Below are positions 36,165 through 45,047 of a DNA stretch of 64,000 nt, in pieces. The stretch lies in the sequence record OQ031493.1; one strand, given 5' to 3'. A program made the translations under genes and the position numbers. Position 1 is the stretch's first letter. Each line of letters starts with the position of its first letter. Below the pieces are notes generated by a model, which was given only the letters and a program-made list of their open reading frames with translations, ran no database searches and was not told the origin of the DNA.

Positions 36165-36386
36165 ATGAATACAGTAATAATGTTGGTATTATCTATCAAA
36201 GTTGGATTATTTGGTTTCATTTCGACTAATGAAAGTAATATCCTATTTGAAAATAGGGAACAGTGTATTTCTCATCTGGATATTCTGGAACATAAATACA
36301 AGTCTCTTGAAGTTATTCGAAATGAGAATACTCTAAAGATAACCGAAAGAGATAACCATTCTATTTATATTTTTAAATGTCTCTAG
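36165..36386 (+). CDS. small protein with N-terminal hydrophobic segment
   Basis: GAGGA RBS favours ATG 36165. Confidence 0.65.
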   Translation: MNTVIMLVLSIKVGLFGFISTNESNILFENREQCISHLDILEHKYKSLEVIRNENTLKITERDNHSIYIFKCL

Positions 36387-36682
36387 GAAAATACATGGAA
36401 CATCAAGAACAAAAAGAACTATTGAGACAACCATTACAAACACTTTATAATCTTACTTTTAGTCCCCGTTTACGTAATGGAGCGAAGGCTCCCGATTGGA
36501 TTCACCTGACCGATGAAGTAACCCTATTCCCAAACGAATTAGATATTACAATCAACGCTGTTACACGTTGCATCAAATGGGAACTTATCGGCGAGGATGT
36601 AAGTAACATTACTTATGTTGAAGCTATGTTCTTTAATAAAGGTCTTAAAGCAGTTAAAGCCTATCTCAAACATACGGAGTAA
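36377..36682 (+). CDS. hypothetical protein
   Basis: ~101 aa, tight packing. Confidence 0.7.
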   Translation: MSLGKYMEHQEQKELLRQPLQTLYNLTFSPRLRNGAKAPDWIHLTDEVTLFPNELDITINAVTRCIKWELIGEDVSNITYVEAMFFNKGLKAVKAYLKHTE

Positions 36683-36684
36683 AT

Positions 36685-37032
36685 ATGGATCATCTAACCC
36701 CAACGCAGAGCGCTGTATATTTCACATTTATTAGCCCTGAGTTTATAAAGCTAACTCTTGTTGAATCTTTTGTAGCGATCCACAAGAAACATCCAGAAGT
36801 AAAGCATTGCGTTAAGAAAAAGATTAGTGCTAATGAAACGCAGTTTATCTTTATCTTCAAAGATGGGACTGATAATTTAATCATTACACGTAAAACTGAA
36901 CCTTGCCCTGAACTGGATAGCCCAGTAGGCGATAGTATTAAGTTGTCCGGCGAAGAACTTAAAAATATTCTTGCTAAGTACGATCGTCCCAAGGATGGTA
37001 ACTATTTCAAGCACTGGACTGATCGCCCGTAA
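36685..37032 (+). CDS. hypothetical protein
   Basis: 115 aa, GGAG RBS. Confidence 0.75.
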   Translation: MDHLTPTQSAVYFTFISPEFIKLTLVESFVAIHKKHPEVKHCVKKKISANETQFIFIFKDGTDNLIITRKTEPCPELDSPVGDSIKLSGEELKNILAKYDRPKDGNYFKHWTDRP

Positions 37033-37084
37033 TAAAATATTACTGGTTATGTAATACTATGTAGGAAGTCATGTCCATACGTTT

Positions 37085-37161
37085 GCGCTCATAGTTCAGT
37101 TGGTTAGAATACCCGCCTGTCACGCGGGTGGTCAGGGGTTCGAGTCCCCTTGGGCGCGCCA
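37085..37161 (+). tRNA. tRNA-Asp(GTC)
   Basis: cccgc-ctGTCac-gcggg, CCA. Confidence 0.95.
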
Positions 37162-37167
37162 TTTAAT

Positions 37168-37243
<76 letters not shown>

Positions 37244-37250
37244 TATTCTA

Positions 37251-37272
37251 AAGAGTAGCTTCGGCTACTCTT
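37251..37272 (+). terminator. terminator after tRNA pair
   Basis: aagagtagc-ttcg-gctactctt-tt. Confidence 0.85.
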
Positions 37273-37327
37273 TTATGTTGCCATGGGTTATCTTATGAAT
37301 TAAAATGATTTACTTGAGAGCACACTC

Positions 37328-38335
37328 ATGTTTGAATTACTATTATCACCAGATATAGGCGAAGAGTTACCCTTGGTTGGATTTAATGAAATTATTAAAT
37401 TAGGTGATCTACCTGTAGCGTTAGCTGGTACAATGTCATATGTGGATGGAAATACACTGTATGTTGGATCTGGTCATCATACTGAAGGACAAACAGCTGC
37501 AACTGTGTTCAGACGTTTTACCATATCGCCATTTGCCGATATAGGTGCAACTGCTTCTGGAACATTCTTACCAGGGGTATCTTTAGGATTTGGGACATTA
37601 CATAAGAATAACTTTATTGTTTATGGCGGTATTACTGGATGGAACTCGGCTGGTAATGGTGGTACGGGAACATCTAACTTTATACAACATTTTGATATAG
37701 CTACAGGCAATAGGGTTGAGCGATATAGTGGTCCCGTACCACTTTGGGGCACAGCCTCCGCATCAGATGGTAATGATCTTATTCTATGCGTTAACCCAAT
37801 TGGCGTAAACGCAATGCGATTAAAACCATCAAGTAAGTCTTGGCTTAGCGGGCAAGACTATTCAGGTGGTGCTCGTTCAGGTCAACAGTTATTCTTTTAT
37901 AATGGTTACTTTTACCATTTTGGTGGTTGGGATAATACAAAGAACATACCTAATCTTGAAGTTTATCGATATAATGCAACTACCTTAATATGGGAGCAAA
38001 CACCTTGGATGATTATACCTGCTGATAAAGGAACAATCTGGCAAGGTAATGGTTATGTAGATGGGGACTATTTTAATTACCTTAACGCTGTTGATGTCGG
38101 CGGTGTAACTAAAATGTTTGCACAACGTTTTAATATTAGGCGCCGGAAATGGGCTGAACCATTTGAACTAGGTATCGGATTCCTTAATATTTCATCTATA
38201 GCTAAAGGTCCGGATAATAGCATGATCATTGTAGGTGGATCTAAAATGCCAGTTGGTGGTGGAGCATATATGTTGAAAAGCCAATTGTTATCAGGTATCT
38301 ATCAGGTAAAACTAGCACCATTAATCATTGATTAA
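37328..38335 (+). CDS. Kelch-like beta-propeller protein, probably virion/tail-associated
   Basis: Repeated hydrophobic-GG motifs (VYGG, HFGG, IVGG) with spaced Y/W; MFELLL N-terminus recalled from phiKZ tail paralog families. Confidence 0.7.
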   Translation: MFELLLSPDIGEELPLVGFNEIIKLGDLPVALAGTMSYVDGNTLYVGSGHHTEGQTAATVFRRFTISPFADIGATASGTFLPGVSLGFGTLHKNNFIVYGGITGWNSAGNGGTGTSNFIQHFDIATGNRVERYSGPVPLWGTASASDGNDLILCVNPIGVNAMRLKPSSKSWLSGQDYSGGARSGQQLFFYNGYFYHFGGWDNTKNIPNLEVYRYNATTLIWEQTPWMIIPADKGTIWQGNGYVDGDYFNYLNAVDVGGVTKMFAQRFNIRRRKWAEPFELGIGFLNISSIAKGPDNSMIIVGGSKMPVGGGAYMLKSQLLSGIYQVKLAPLIID

Positions 38336-38417
38336 AATAATAATATTTATAACTATTTAGATAATTATACTGGCACGATGATATTATGTAAGAGTACTAT
38401 AATAAAGTATTCTTAAA

Positions 38418-38500
38418 TCTATCCACTAAACACACTCGGTGGTAGAACTTATTATAGAGTGTGTCTAAATGCCAGGGGTTTGCCACCCCTGGTTATATTC
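38418..38500 (+). ncRNA. candidate H-type pseudoknot followed by a hairpin
   Basis: S1 38418-26/38439-46, S2 38430-37/38457-64, then ccagggg-tttgcca-cccctgg. Confidence 0.35.
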
Positions 38501-38619
38501 ATTGTTACTATTATAAATTCATTTATAGATGAGAAAAGGTTTTATCACCTTTTCAAAATCGGCATTTAATTCCAGTTAAAAAACTGAATCTATGCTACAT
38601 TGTAATAAAGGAGTCTATT

Positions 38620-39132
38620 ATGACTAACTCTAATCAGTTTGTAAGAACTATTGTAAAGTACCAAGATATCCTAGATGCTTTAATTCAAAAAACGAATGAG
38701 AACTGGGTTAATTATCGATCTAATTCTATTGGTCATATTGTTATTCGTGAATACAGGACTGTTGGATTATTTGTAGGTCGGCAATGTGGTAGTACAACTG
38801 CATTGATTGAGTTTGCTAATCGTCATCCTGGCGAATGTCTAGCTGTATTTGTAGAAGATAAAATTAAACAGGCTGTACTGGCTAAGTTCCAGAATGCTAA
38901 AGATAATATTGTTTCTTGTTTAATTACACACCAACTCCGTAAATATATTCATCAACCTGAGGAATCATCTATTCAAAAAGATATTAAAGAAGAATTAATA
39001 TCGTCTGTAAAATATATTCTTGTTGACAATGCCTCATTTAATCTGAACCTACGCGGTATCACTGATAAAGAATTTAACCAGTGGGTTGCAGATACTTTTG
39101 GTACAGAGGTAATGGTGGTTCGTTTTAGTTAG
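38620..39132 (+). CDS. degenerate P-loop NTPase-like protein
   Basis: VGRQCGSTT (Walker A-like, K to S) and YILVDN (Walker B-like). Confidence 0.55.
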   Translation: MTNSNQFVRTIVKYQDILDALIQKTNENWVNYRSNSIGHIVIREYRTVGLFVGRQCGSTTALIEFANRHPGECLAVFVEDKIKQAVLAKFQNAKDNIVSCLITHQLRKYIHQPEESSIQKDIKEELISSVKYILVDNASFNLNLRGITDKEFNQWVADTFGTEVMVVRFS

Positions 39133-39293
39133 AATTAGTAACTTTGATAGTTTCTAATAAGATTAACTACACGTTATTTACATAATGTCATAACAAGAAA
39201 TAAATAATACTCAGATTGTAATAATATGTAGTTATTACATATCTATATTAGGTTGTCAGTAACTCATCTCTAATATAAAATCGCCATAATTCT

Positions 39294-39369
39294 TCCGTGA
39301 TAGCTCAGTCGGTAGAGCAAATGACTGTTAATCACTGGGTCCCTGGTTCGAGTCCAGGTCACGGAGCCA
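39294..39369 (+). tRNA. tRNA-Asn(GTT) copy 2
   Basis: Identical to copy 1 except one G>A in the anticodon stem. Confidence 0.92.
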
Positions 39370-39413
39370 ATTCATAGTTTTAGATTTAGTTATATTTCAC
39401 TACTATGTAAACT

Positions 39414-39439
39414 ATAAAGGCAGCTAATGCTGCCTTTAT
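39414..39439. terminator. bidirectional terminator
   Basis: ataaaggcagc-taat-gctgcctttat. Confidence 0.85.
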
Positions 39440-39500
39440 GTCGTCTTGTAAAAGTACCCAGTAGTTGAATCTTATAGCTGAATACAAATAGGGTAAAGAC

Positions 39501-39686
39501 ATGTCACTTAAAGCATTGCAAGATATAGTTAGTAGTGTTCCTACAAATGAACAAAAGGAACGATTAGTTAAAGTTCGGAAAACGATGGAAGAGCTAAATG
39601 AGTCTATTAAGAATCAGATTCGTAATAAACGACCTAGTCAAGCTCTTCTCGACAAAACGATAAACTGGGGTACCAAGTATGGCTAA
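39501..39686 (+). CDS. small coiled-coil protein
   Basis: 61 aa overlapping the next gene. Confidence 0.65.
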   Translation: MSLKALQDIVSSVPTNEQKERLVKVRKTMEELNESIKNQIRNKRPSQALLDKTINWGTKYG

Positions 39687-39969
39687 GACATTAGTTCGTG
39701 CAAAGCTGATTACTGAGGCTGGTCAATGGATGTCGTCTGACTGGGAATGTGGTTTCCGTGCATGTCGATTCGTGAAACTTGGTAATGATCATGTAAACAT
39801 AAAAGACTTTGAGGCTATGATCACGGCATTCGAAGTTGGTGACATGTTAGTGATTTGGCCAAATGGGCTTAGAACTTCGTATAGTGTGGATAATTTCAAT
39901 AAGTACTTTTCCCATATCAAAGATGAATACCATGAGACTGATCTCCGTCCACTCTTTTACCCCAAGTAG
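39679..39969 (+). CDS. hypothetical protein
   Basis: 96 aa. Confidence 0.7.
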   Translation: MAKTLVRAKLITEAGQWMSSDWECGFRACRFVKLGNDHVNIKDFEAMITAFEVGDMLVIWPNGLRTSYSVDNFNKYFSHIKDEYHETDLRPLFYPK

Positions 39970-40440
39970 TTGAGCTTATGATAACTATATTCGTGTATAA
40001 ATACATTACATTCGTTATATCCTTTAATTGATTGAAATCAAGCTACATAAAAGTGATTGAATGGTCCATGTAGGTGATAATTTTAATAAAGGTAAAGGAT
40101 TTATCAGAGAATATCTCAGTGCATTTAGGTATTTTATCACTCGCCTATCTAAATCACATAAAGCCCTTTACCGAGGAATGTGAGAATGTTGGTTGCGATT
40201 GATAATACTGGGACAGAATATGATGTCGACCCAACTGATGAAGTAGACGTAATGTTTGTATTTAGACCCACACTAAAATAACTTTATATGACTTAATACC
40301 CCTCTATATAGAGTGGTCTATTTATAAGTAAAATTATACATAGAGTTAATATTATTTGTAGATTAGTTCTACACATAACTCAACTTGAAACCGGGTGTTA
40401 ATAAAATTTAACACTACGGAAAACATAAAGGTGTATAAAA

Positions 40441-41070
40441 ATGGCTTTTCATTTTACTGAAGTAGATTTAAATGATTTTATCAATGAATCAGGTAAAGAC
40501 TTAAAAATAAATGTTGGTAAACAAACACTAGCAGTTTATGATATCGATAGGCTAAATATTGTTAATTCAACTATTAATAAACTAGTTTATAATGAACCTA
40601 TAAGTGAAGAACACATAGATGCATCACTTACAGATAATTCATTAAAAGAGCTTAATGATTATTTACTAAATGTTGGTGTTACTGAAAGCGCTAAAATGAT
40701 GATTGATGCTGTGTTAGAATTAAGCGATTATCATAAAAGTGATGAATACTTTAACCCAATGATGTATAAATTAAAAAGTATGCACACTAAAAATACAGAT
40801 GGTGTTTATTTGATATTTTTACCAACGCCTACTATCGATGATCAAATTAACACCATGCAAGGGTATATTATCAATAAATCCGGTAATCTCATTAGGACTA
40901 CTGTACAGTCATGGCGATTTGAGAAAATTGAATTCAAAGACTTAGCCAAACATGATAGACGTTGGTTATTTATTGAATATTACATTAATGTTAAACAAAC
41001 GAAAAATAATATAATCAAAGAGCAACAAGATGAATTAACTAAATTTATTTATTATAGTACTCTAAGTTAA
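40441..41070 (+). CDS. hypothetical protein
   Basis: 209 aa, AAGG RBS. Confidence 0.8.
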   Translation: MAFHFTEVDLNDFINESGKDLKINVGKQTLAVYDIDRLNIVNSTINKLVYNEPISEEHIDASLTDNSLKELNDYLLNVGVTESAKMMIDAVLELSDYHKSDEYFNPMMYKLKSMHTKNTDGVYLIFLPTPTIDDQINTMQGYIINKSGNLIRTTVQSWRFEKIEFKDLAKHDRRWLFIEYYINVKQTKNNIIKEQQDELTKFIYYSTLS

Positions 41071-41094
41071 AACAAATAAAAAAATAAATATAAG

Positions 41095-41117
41095 AGCTAG
41101 CCCCTAATGGGCTAGCT
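41095..41117. terminator. bidirectional terminator
   Basis: agctagccc-ctaat-gggctagct between convergent genes. Confidence 0.8.
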
Positions 41118-41127
41118 TTATGTTATC

Positions 41128-41265
41128 TTACTCTGCTACATCTTTTACATCAGGTTTATTATTCCAACGTACTGCTCTCGCAATACCATACGTAAGAATA
41201 AGAGCACCTACGGTGCCAATAGTGGTGCTAATAATAATGCCAAGAGTTTTTGGATCAATATTCAT
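41128..41265 (-). CDS. small single-TM protein (45 aa)
   Basis: MNIDPKTLGIIISTTIGTVGALILTYGIARAVRW...; AGGA RBS and own early-promoter cassette. Confidence 0.65.
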   Translation of the reverse strand: MNIDPKTLGIIISTTIGTVGALILTYGIARAVRWNNKPDVKDVAE

Positions 41266-41306
41266 ATTTAGTATCCTATTTACAATTAATAGAAAATATT
41301 ACTTTT

Positions 41307-41350
41307 AGTAATATCAAGTTAATGATATACTGTTTAAATATGTTTGAATA
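41307..41350 (-). promoter_or_regulatory. early promoter cassette, partial copy (core TATATCAT)
   Basis: atatcaagtta.tgatatactgtttaaatatgtttgaata matches 24165-24205 closely. Confidence 0.7.
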
Positions 41351-41412
41351 TAACTTTATTTATTATAATAAATAAAATAATACTTTCATATACACTATAT
41401 GTAGAAGATTCC

Positions 41413-41489
41413 GCCGCTATAGCTCAGCTAGGTAGAGCAACGCACTTGTAATGCGTAGGTCCTCCGTTCGATTCGGAGTGGCGGCACCA
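41413..41489 (+). tRNA. tRNA-Thr(TGT)
   Basis: acgca-ctTGTaa-tgcgt, CCA. Confidence 0.95.
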
Positions 41490-41567
41490 AATTTACTGAG
41501 GTTTAAACTATTCTTAAATATATTAGTTAGGATGGGATTGAACGCGAAAGACTCAGTAAATCATATT

Positions 41568-41587
41568 GCCCCTCCATATGGAGGGGC
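41568..41587 (+). terminator. intrinsic terminator
   Basis: gcccctcc-atat-ggaggggc-ttatgttt. Confidence 0.75.
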
Positions 41588-41618
41588 TTATGTTTGTCAT
41601 TAATCAGGAAAATATAAA

Positions 41619-41795
41619 ATGAGTCATCTATTATTTATCATCCAAGAATACATTACTAATAAATTTGAGGTAACACGAATTGATATGAAGCCAGGTAATA
41701 GAATGTTACGTGTATGTTTATACGGTCAACATGAGGGAAAAGGTTTCGTCCGTATAGATTTATGGTCAGTTGGTTATCGCATTACAAAGAAATAA
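41619..41795 (+). CDS. small hypothetical protein (58 aa, below track cutoff)
   Basis: AGGA RBS; MSHLLFIIQEYITNKFEV... Confidence 0.6.
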   Translation: MSHLLFIIQEYITNKFEVTRIDMKPGNRMLRVCLYGQHEGKGFVRIDLWSVGYRITKK

Positions 41796-41837
41796 TACTC
41801 CAGATTATTTAATATGTATTAATCAAAGGAGTTTATA

Positions 41838-42248
41838 ATGAGTAATGAAACTAACTATCTAGGTTATGAATGGAAAACAGATATAACTACTTCAAATCTT
41901 AATAGAGTGGTTGATTTATATACACTTGAATTAACATGGTTAAAAGAAGATTTTAATGATACTCTTTTTATAAAGTCTTATAAAGTGCTAGAGGGTCTAT
42001 TAGAGGAACCGTCTAGGGCAATCCATGATGATACAGTAACCGTTCAAGATCAATTAGATGAATTAAATACTGTTTTTAAATTAGTATTTGGAAAAGATAA
42101 TGACGTAGAGTTATCAATTAATAATGATTCAATTATTGTGATCGGTGCTACAGATGCAACTAAAGAAAAATTAGAAGCAGAGGTGCGTGAGTTTGCATAT
42201 AGAAAATCATTAATTGATGAACGTTATCCAGACATTGTAACGGATTAA
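41838..42248 (+). CDS. hypothetical protein
   Basis: 136 aa, AAGGAG RBS. Confidence 0.8.
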   Translation: MSNETNYLGYEWKTDITTSNLNRVVDLYTLELTWLKEDFNDTLFIKSYKVLEGLLEEPSRAIHDDTVTVQDQLDELNTVFKLVFGKDNDVELSINNDSIIVIGATDATKEKLEAEVREFAYRKSLIDERYPDIVTD

Positions 42249-42328
42249 AATACTTACAGCTATCTAGTATGTAACTAGGCGGATTGCCATTTGTAAATTA
42301 TCTATTTAATCAAACTGAGGAAATACTA

Positions 42329-42718
42329 ATGAAACAATTCTTTCAACTACTTCTAAGCCTACTTTTCAAACTACCGGTTCTATCATATTTTGCTGAGAAG
42401 AAACGACTAGAGAAAGAGAAAAAGGAAGAAGAAAAGCGTCAGCAAGAACAACGTCAAAAAGAACTACTTGACGAACAGCGTCGCGAACAAGAAGATCATT
42501 ATCGAAAGACGGCTTACGATCGCCTAGCAAAACTTATTCATACTCGGTGGTATGATGAGTTTAATGCATATGAAAAGAAACTAGTTGATCTTGCCGTGTC
42601 TACTGGTAAAGCAGTTAGTGTTAAGTATGGTAAAGTTACTAAGATGCAACACCCTCATCAATTTAAACTACTTAATGATTGGCTGGATGATATTCCAGTA
42701 GAAGATTTTTCTAAGTGA
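42329..42718 (+). CDS. membrane-anchored coiled-coil protein
   Basis: GAGGA RBS; hydrophobic N-terminus, then E/K/Q-rich coil. Confidence 0.75.
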   Translation: MKQFFQLLLSLLFKLPVLSYFAEKKRLEKEKKEEEKRQQEQRQKELLDEQRREQEDHYRKTAYDRLAKLIHTRWYDEFNAYEKKLVDLAVSTGKAVSVKYGKVTKMQHPHQFKLLNDWLDDIPVEDFSK

Positions 42719-42744
42719 GTTTAAATAAAAAAATAAAGACATAT

Positions 42745-42766
42745 CCCCTCTCCATACGGAGAGGGG
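42745..42766. terminator. bidirectional terminator at strand switch
   Basis: cccctctcc-atac-ggagagggg. Confidence 0.85.
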
Positions 42767-42778
42767 TTTATGCCGTAA

Positions 42779-43459
42779 TTATACACTTACTTTGATAAGA
42801 TTTTTAATATCAGTAAAATGGGTATATGTTGCCTTTTTATCTTTGTGAACCAGTAAGCAACAGGTGCCTTCATTTACTGTATTGGTTTGTTTTAATGGGA
42901 TATTTAAAGCATATTCAAACAGATCATCCATCCAGTTAAATACCATGAACTTACTGATAAGGACATGATCGAAATCAATTAATCCAATAAACGAATCGAT
43001 CTCAAATTGATAATACTCTACAACCATTTTAGACCATTCTTTGTTTATTGCCTCAATGACATTAGGATTATTTATTTTATTAAATAACTCAGTGCGTTCC
43101 TTAGTAGGTAAACTGAGGTAATAATTAATATTACTCCTAACGATATCTGGATTAGTGATATCAATTTTTTCTGGTAAGTTATATTTACTATCTACATAAT
43201 TCTTAGTTTCTGGCGTCATTCTCCAGCAACCATAATCAGCAGTAGTACTTGATAGATCTACTCTAGCCTCTACTACTTTAGAAAATACATTTACATATAA
43301 ATTAACAGATTCACATATATCAGGTCTGATTGAATTAAAGTTTAAACTTTTAATAAGACCCCTAACTGGTCGAGTACCAATTAGACAATGCAATTCAAGC
43401 TTAACATTTTCCTCTTTAGCCATCTTAAATATATCAGCAAAACTGAGCTTTTCTACCAT
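42779..43459 (-). CDS. hypothetical protein
   Basis: 226 aa. Confidence 0.8.
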   Translation of the reverse strand: MVEKLSFADIFKMAKEENVKLELHCLIGTRPVRGLIKSLNFNSIRPDICESVNLYVNVFSKVVEARVDLSSTTADYGCWRMTPETKNYVDSKYNLPEKIDITNPDIVRSNINYYLSLPTKERTELFNKINNPNVIEAINKEWSKMVVEYYQFEIDSFIGLIDFDHVLISKFMVFNWMDDLFEYALNIPLKQTNTVNEGTCCLLVHKDKKATYTHFTDIKNLIKVSV

Positions 43460-43609
43460 TTAGAATATACCTTTTATTAATTGGACAAATAGATTAGATA
43501 CACATAGCAATAGAATAAACCATAAACCTAGTCTTTGTAATTTATCTATACGCTTAGCTTTTTGTTTCCTCTTTAATCTAACTAATAATGTATTTTTAAT
43601 ATCATTCAT
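43460..43609 (-). CDS. small basic protein with C-terminal TM (49 aa)
   Basis: MNDIKNTLLVRLKRKQKAKR...LGLWFILLLCVSNLF; stop abuts the next ATG. Confidence 0.55.
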   Translation of the reverse strand: MNDIKNTLLVRLKRKQKAKRIDKLQRLGLWFILLLCVSNLFVQLIKGIF

Positions 43610-43628
43610 TAAATTATCTCAGATTTTT

Positions 43629-44159
43629 TTAGACGGTGTATAAACCTTCAGTATTACATGTTGTTATGATGTTGTAAAGACGATGCCAATAGCGATCATA
43701 CGTATTTTTACGTTTGTAGCTATTGGTGCGGATGACTAGATTGGCGACCCAGTGATTCTGATCAATGGTCTCATGTAGATGCCCGAAATAAGCCCCCAGT
43801 TCAATTTCGAATGGGATCTTACACTCACGCCCCTTACACATTGCTTCACGTAATAAACGCATTGCAGAATTCTCTGCATTAGTGTCTTTAAATAAAAGAC
43901 TAATGTATCCAGGGCTACCACCAGTTTCTTCATCAACATGGCCTGAACAACAATAAATAGTTGCAATATTGGTGAATTGGTTAAACCATTTAATCAATGG
44001 TCTACATGCTTCATCAATAAGATCTTCATATTCAGGTTTATACATTACTTTAACAGTATCATCTGCACGTTGTTTCACATGATGAAAATATTGCTCCCAA
44101 TTTACATTAGTGTAATATAGCATATCCATATTAGAATTACTCATACAAATCAACCCCAT
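43629..44159 (-). CDS. TYW3/Taw3-like protein
   Basis: IDEACRPLIKWFNQ...TIYCCSGH resembles the D..I..L...IN...T.SSCSG motif. Confidence 0.5.
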   Translation of the reverse strand: MGLICMSNSNMDMLYYTNVNWEQYFHHVKQRADDTVKVMYKPEYEDLIDEACRPLIKWFNQFTNIATIYCCSGHVDEETGGSPGYISLLFKDTNAENSAMRLLREAMCKGRECKIPFEIELGAYFGHLHETIDQNHWVANLVIRTNSYKRKNTYDRYWHRLYNIITTCNTEGLYTV

Positions 44160-44881
44160 ATGTTATTGGCATATTCGCGGTCATTGAAAATGCGGGTAAG
44201 ATCCATCCGCTTTTGAATGCGCGCTAGTATCCATTTTAGTTGTTTAGTTGATAGTTCTTGATTTTGCTTGTACTCACCTGTAGCATGGATGTAATAATCA
44301 AATTTACGACTTACAGTAGTAGTATGTGCACATGCAATAGCAAATGCTTCAAGTGCAGTTAGTTTGGTTGATCCATTATCATTACAATTAGGGATAAACT
44401 CAAGTACACTATTAACTGCATCTACACCACTACCCAAATGAGCCCAATCTTTCTTGGTGATGTTGATACCCATGTCTTTAAGAATAACTGTATATATGCC
44501 ACCATTCTCCATAGTGAACATCATAGAAGTATTACCATTAAACAACCTGCGTTCTATGACTGGCAAGATATTTACTTCAACTTTAAACCAATCAGCTAAA
44601 TCAACACCTGCGGTAAGGGCATTCAATAGATCATAAACATTATCTATAGTTCCAGCAAAAGCCATAGTTTTAACACGTTTGCCTTGCCAAGTAACAGTCG
44701 GATGAAAAATTATCTTGTGGCAATCATTGTAATATACATCTACACCTTCAGCTTTAGCAGTTAGATCAATATAACCGTTATCTAATACTGGAAGTCGCCC
44801 AATGCTATCAGTTGCATTATTCCGCTCAATTAATAGGCAGTCTGCAATCATGACTTTACCATCATTTACGATATATGTCAT
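44150..44881 (-). CDS. Ntn-hydrolase (HslV/proteasome beta-like) peptidase candidate
   Basis: RBS-supported ATG 44881 gives M-T-YIV..G..MIAD; AFAGT, HLGSG, ALEAFAIAC motifs. Confidence 0.55.
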   Translation of the reverse strand: MTYIVNDGKVMIADCLLIERNNATDSIGRLPVLDNGYIDLTAKAEGVDVYYNDCHKIIFHPTVTWQGKRVKTMAFAGTIDNVYDLLNALTAGVDLADWFKVEVNILPVIERRLFNGNTSMMFTMENGGIYTVILKDMGINITKKDWAHLGSGVDAVNSVLEFIPNCNDNGSTKLTALEAFAIACAHTTTVSRKFDYYIHATGEYKQNQELSTKQLKWILARIQKRMDLTRIFNDREYANNIWG

Positions 44882-44924
44882 TTTCACCCCTTATAATAAA
44901 ATAAATAGGCTTAAGCGAAATAAA

Positions 44925-44944
44925 GCCCTCCCCGAAGGGAGGGC
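44925..44944 (-). terminator. intrinsic terminator
   Basis: UUCG-loop GC stem with U-tract. Confidence 0.85.
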
Positions 44945-44957
44945 ATTATCAATAGGT

Positions 44958-45021
44958 GGGATCTCGGCGGCACCTTCATTTGCGGACGGGAACGCTGAAG
45001 GGAGATAGTCCGGGAGATCCC
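44958..45021 (-). ncRNA. GC-rich nested stem-loop in a 3'UTR
   Basis: gggatctc/gagatccc outer stem, ccttca/tgaagg and gcg/cgc inner stems. Confidence 0.4.
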
Positions 45022-45047
45022 GATTTGGGTATTCTTTACATATGGTA

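Noticed and set aside
38472-38492. Hairpin with 7-nt loop resembling a TGC anticodon arm
   Set aside because: No D-arm, T-arm or acceptor stem; more likely a terminator-type hairpin
41120-41308. 62-aa plus ORF
   Set aside because: The opposite-strand 45-aa TM ORF has the RBS and promoter
44112-44736. TATATTAC matches at 44112 and 44729
   Set aside because: Inside coding sequence and lacking the TTTAAA upstream context of the intergenic copies
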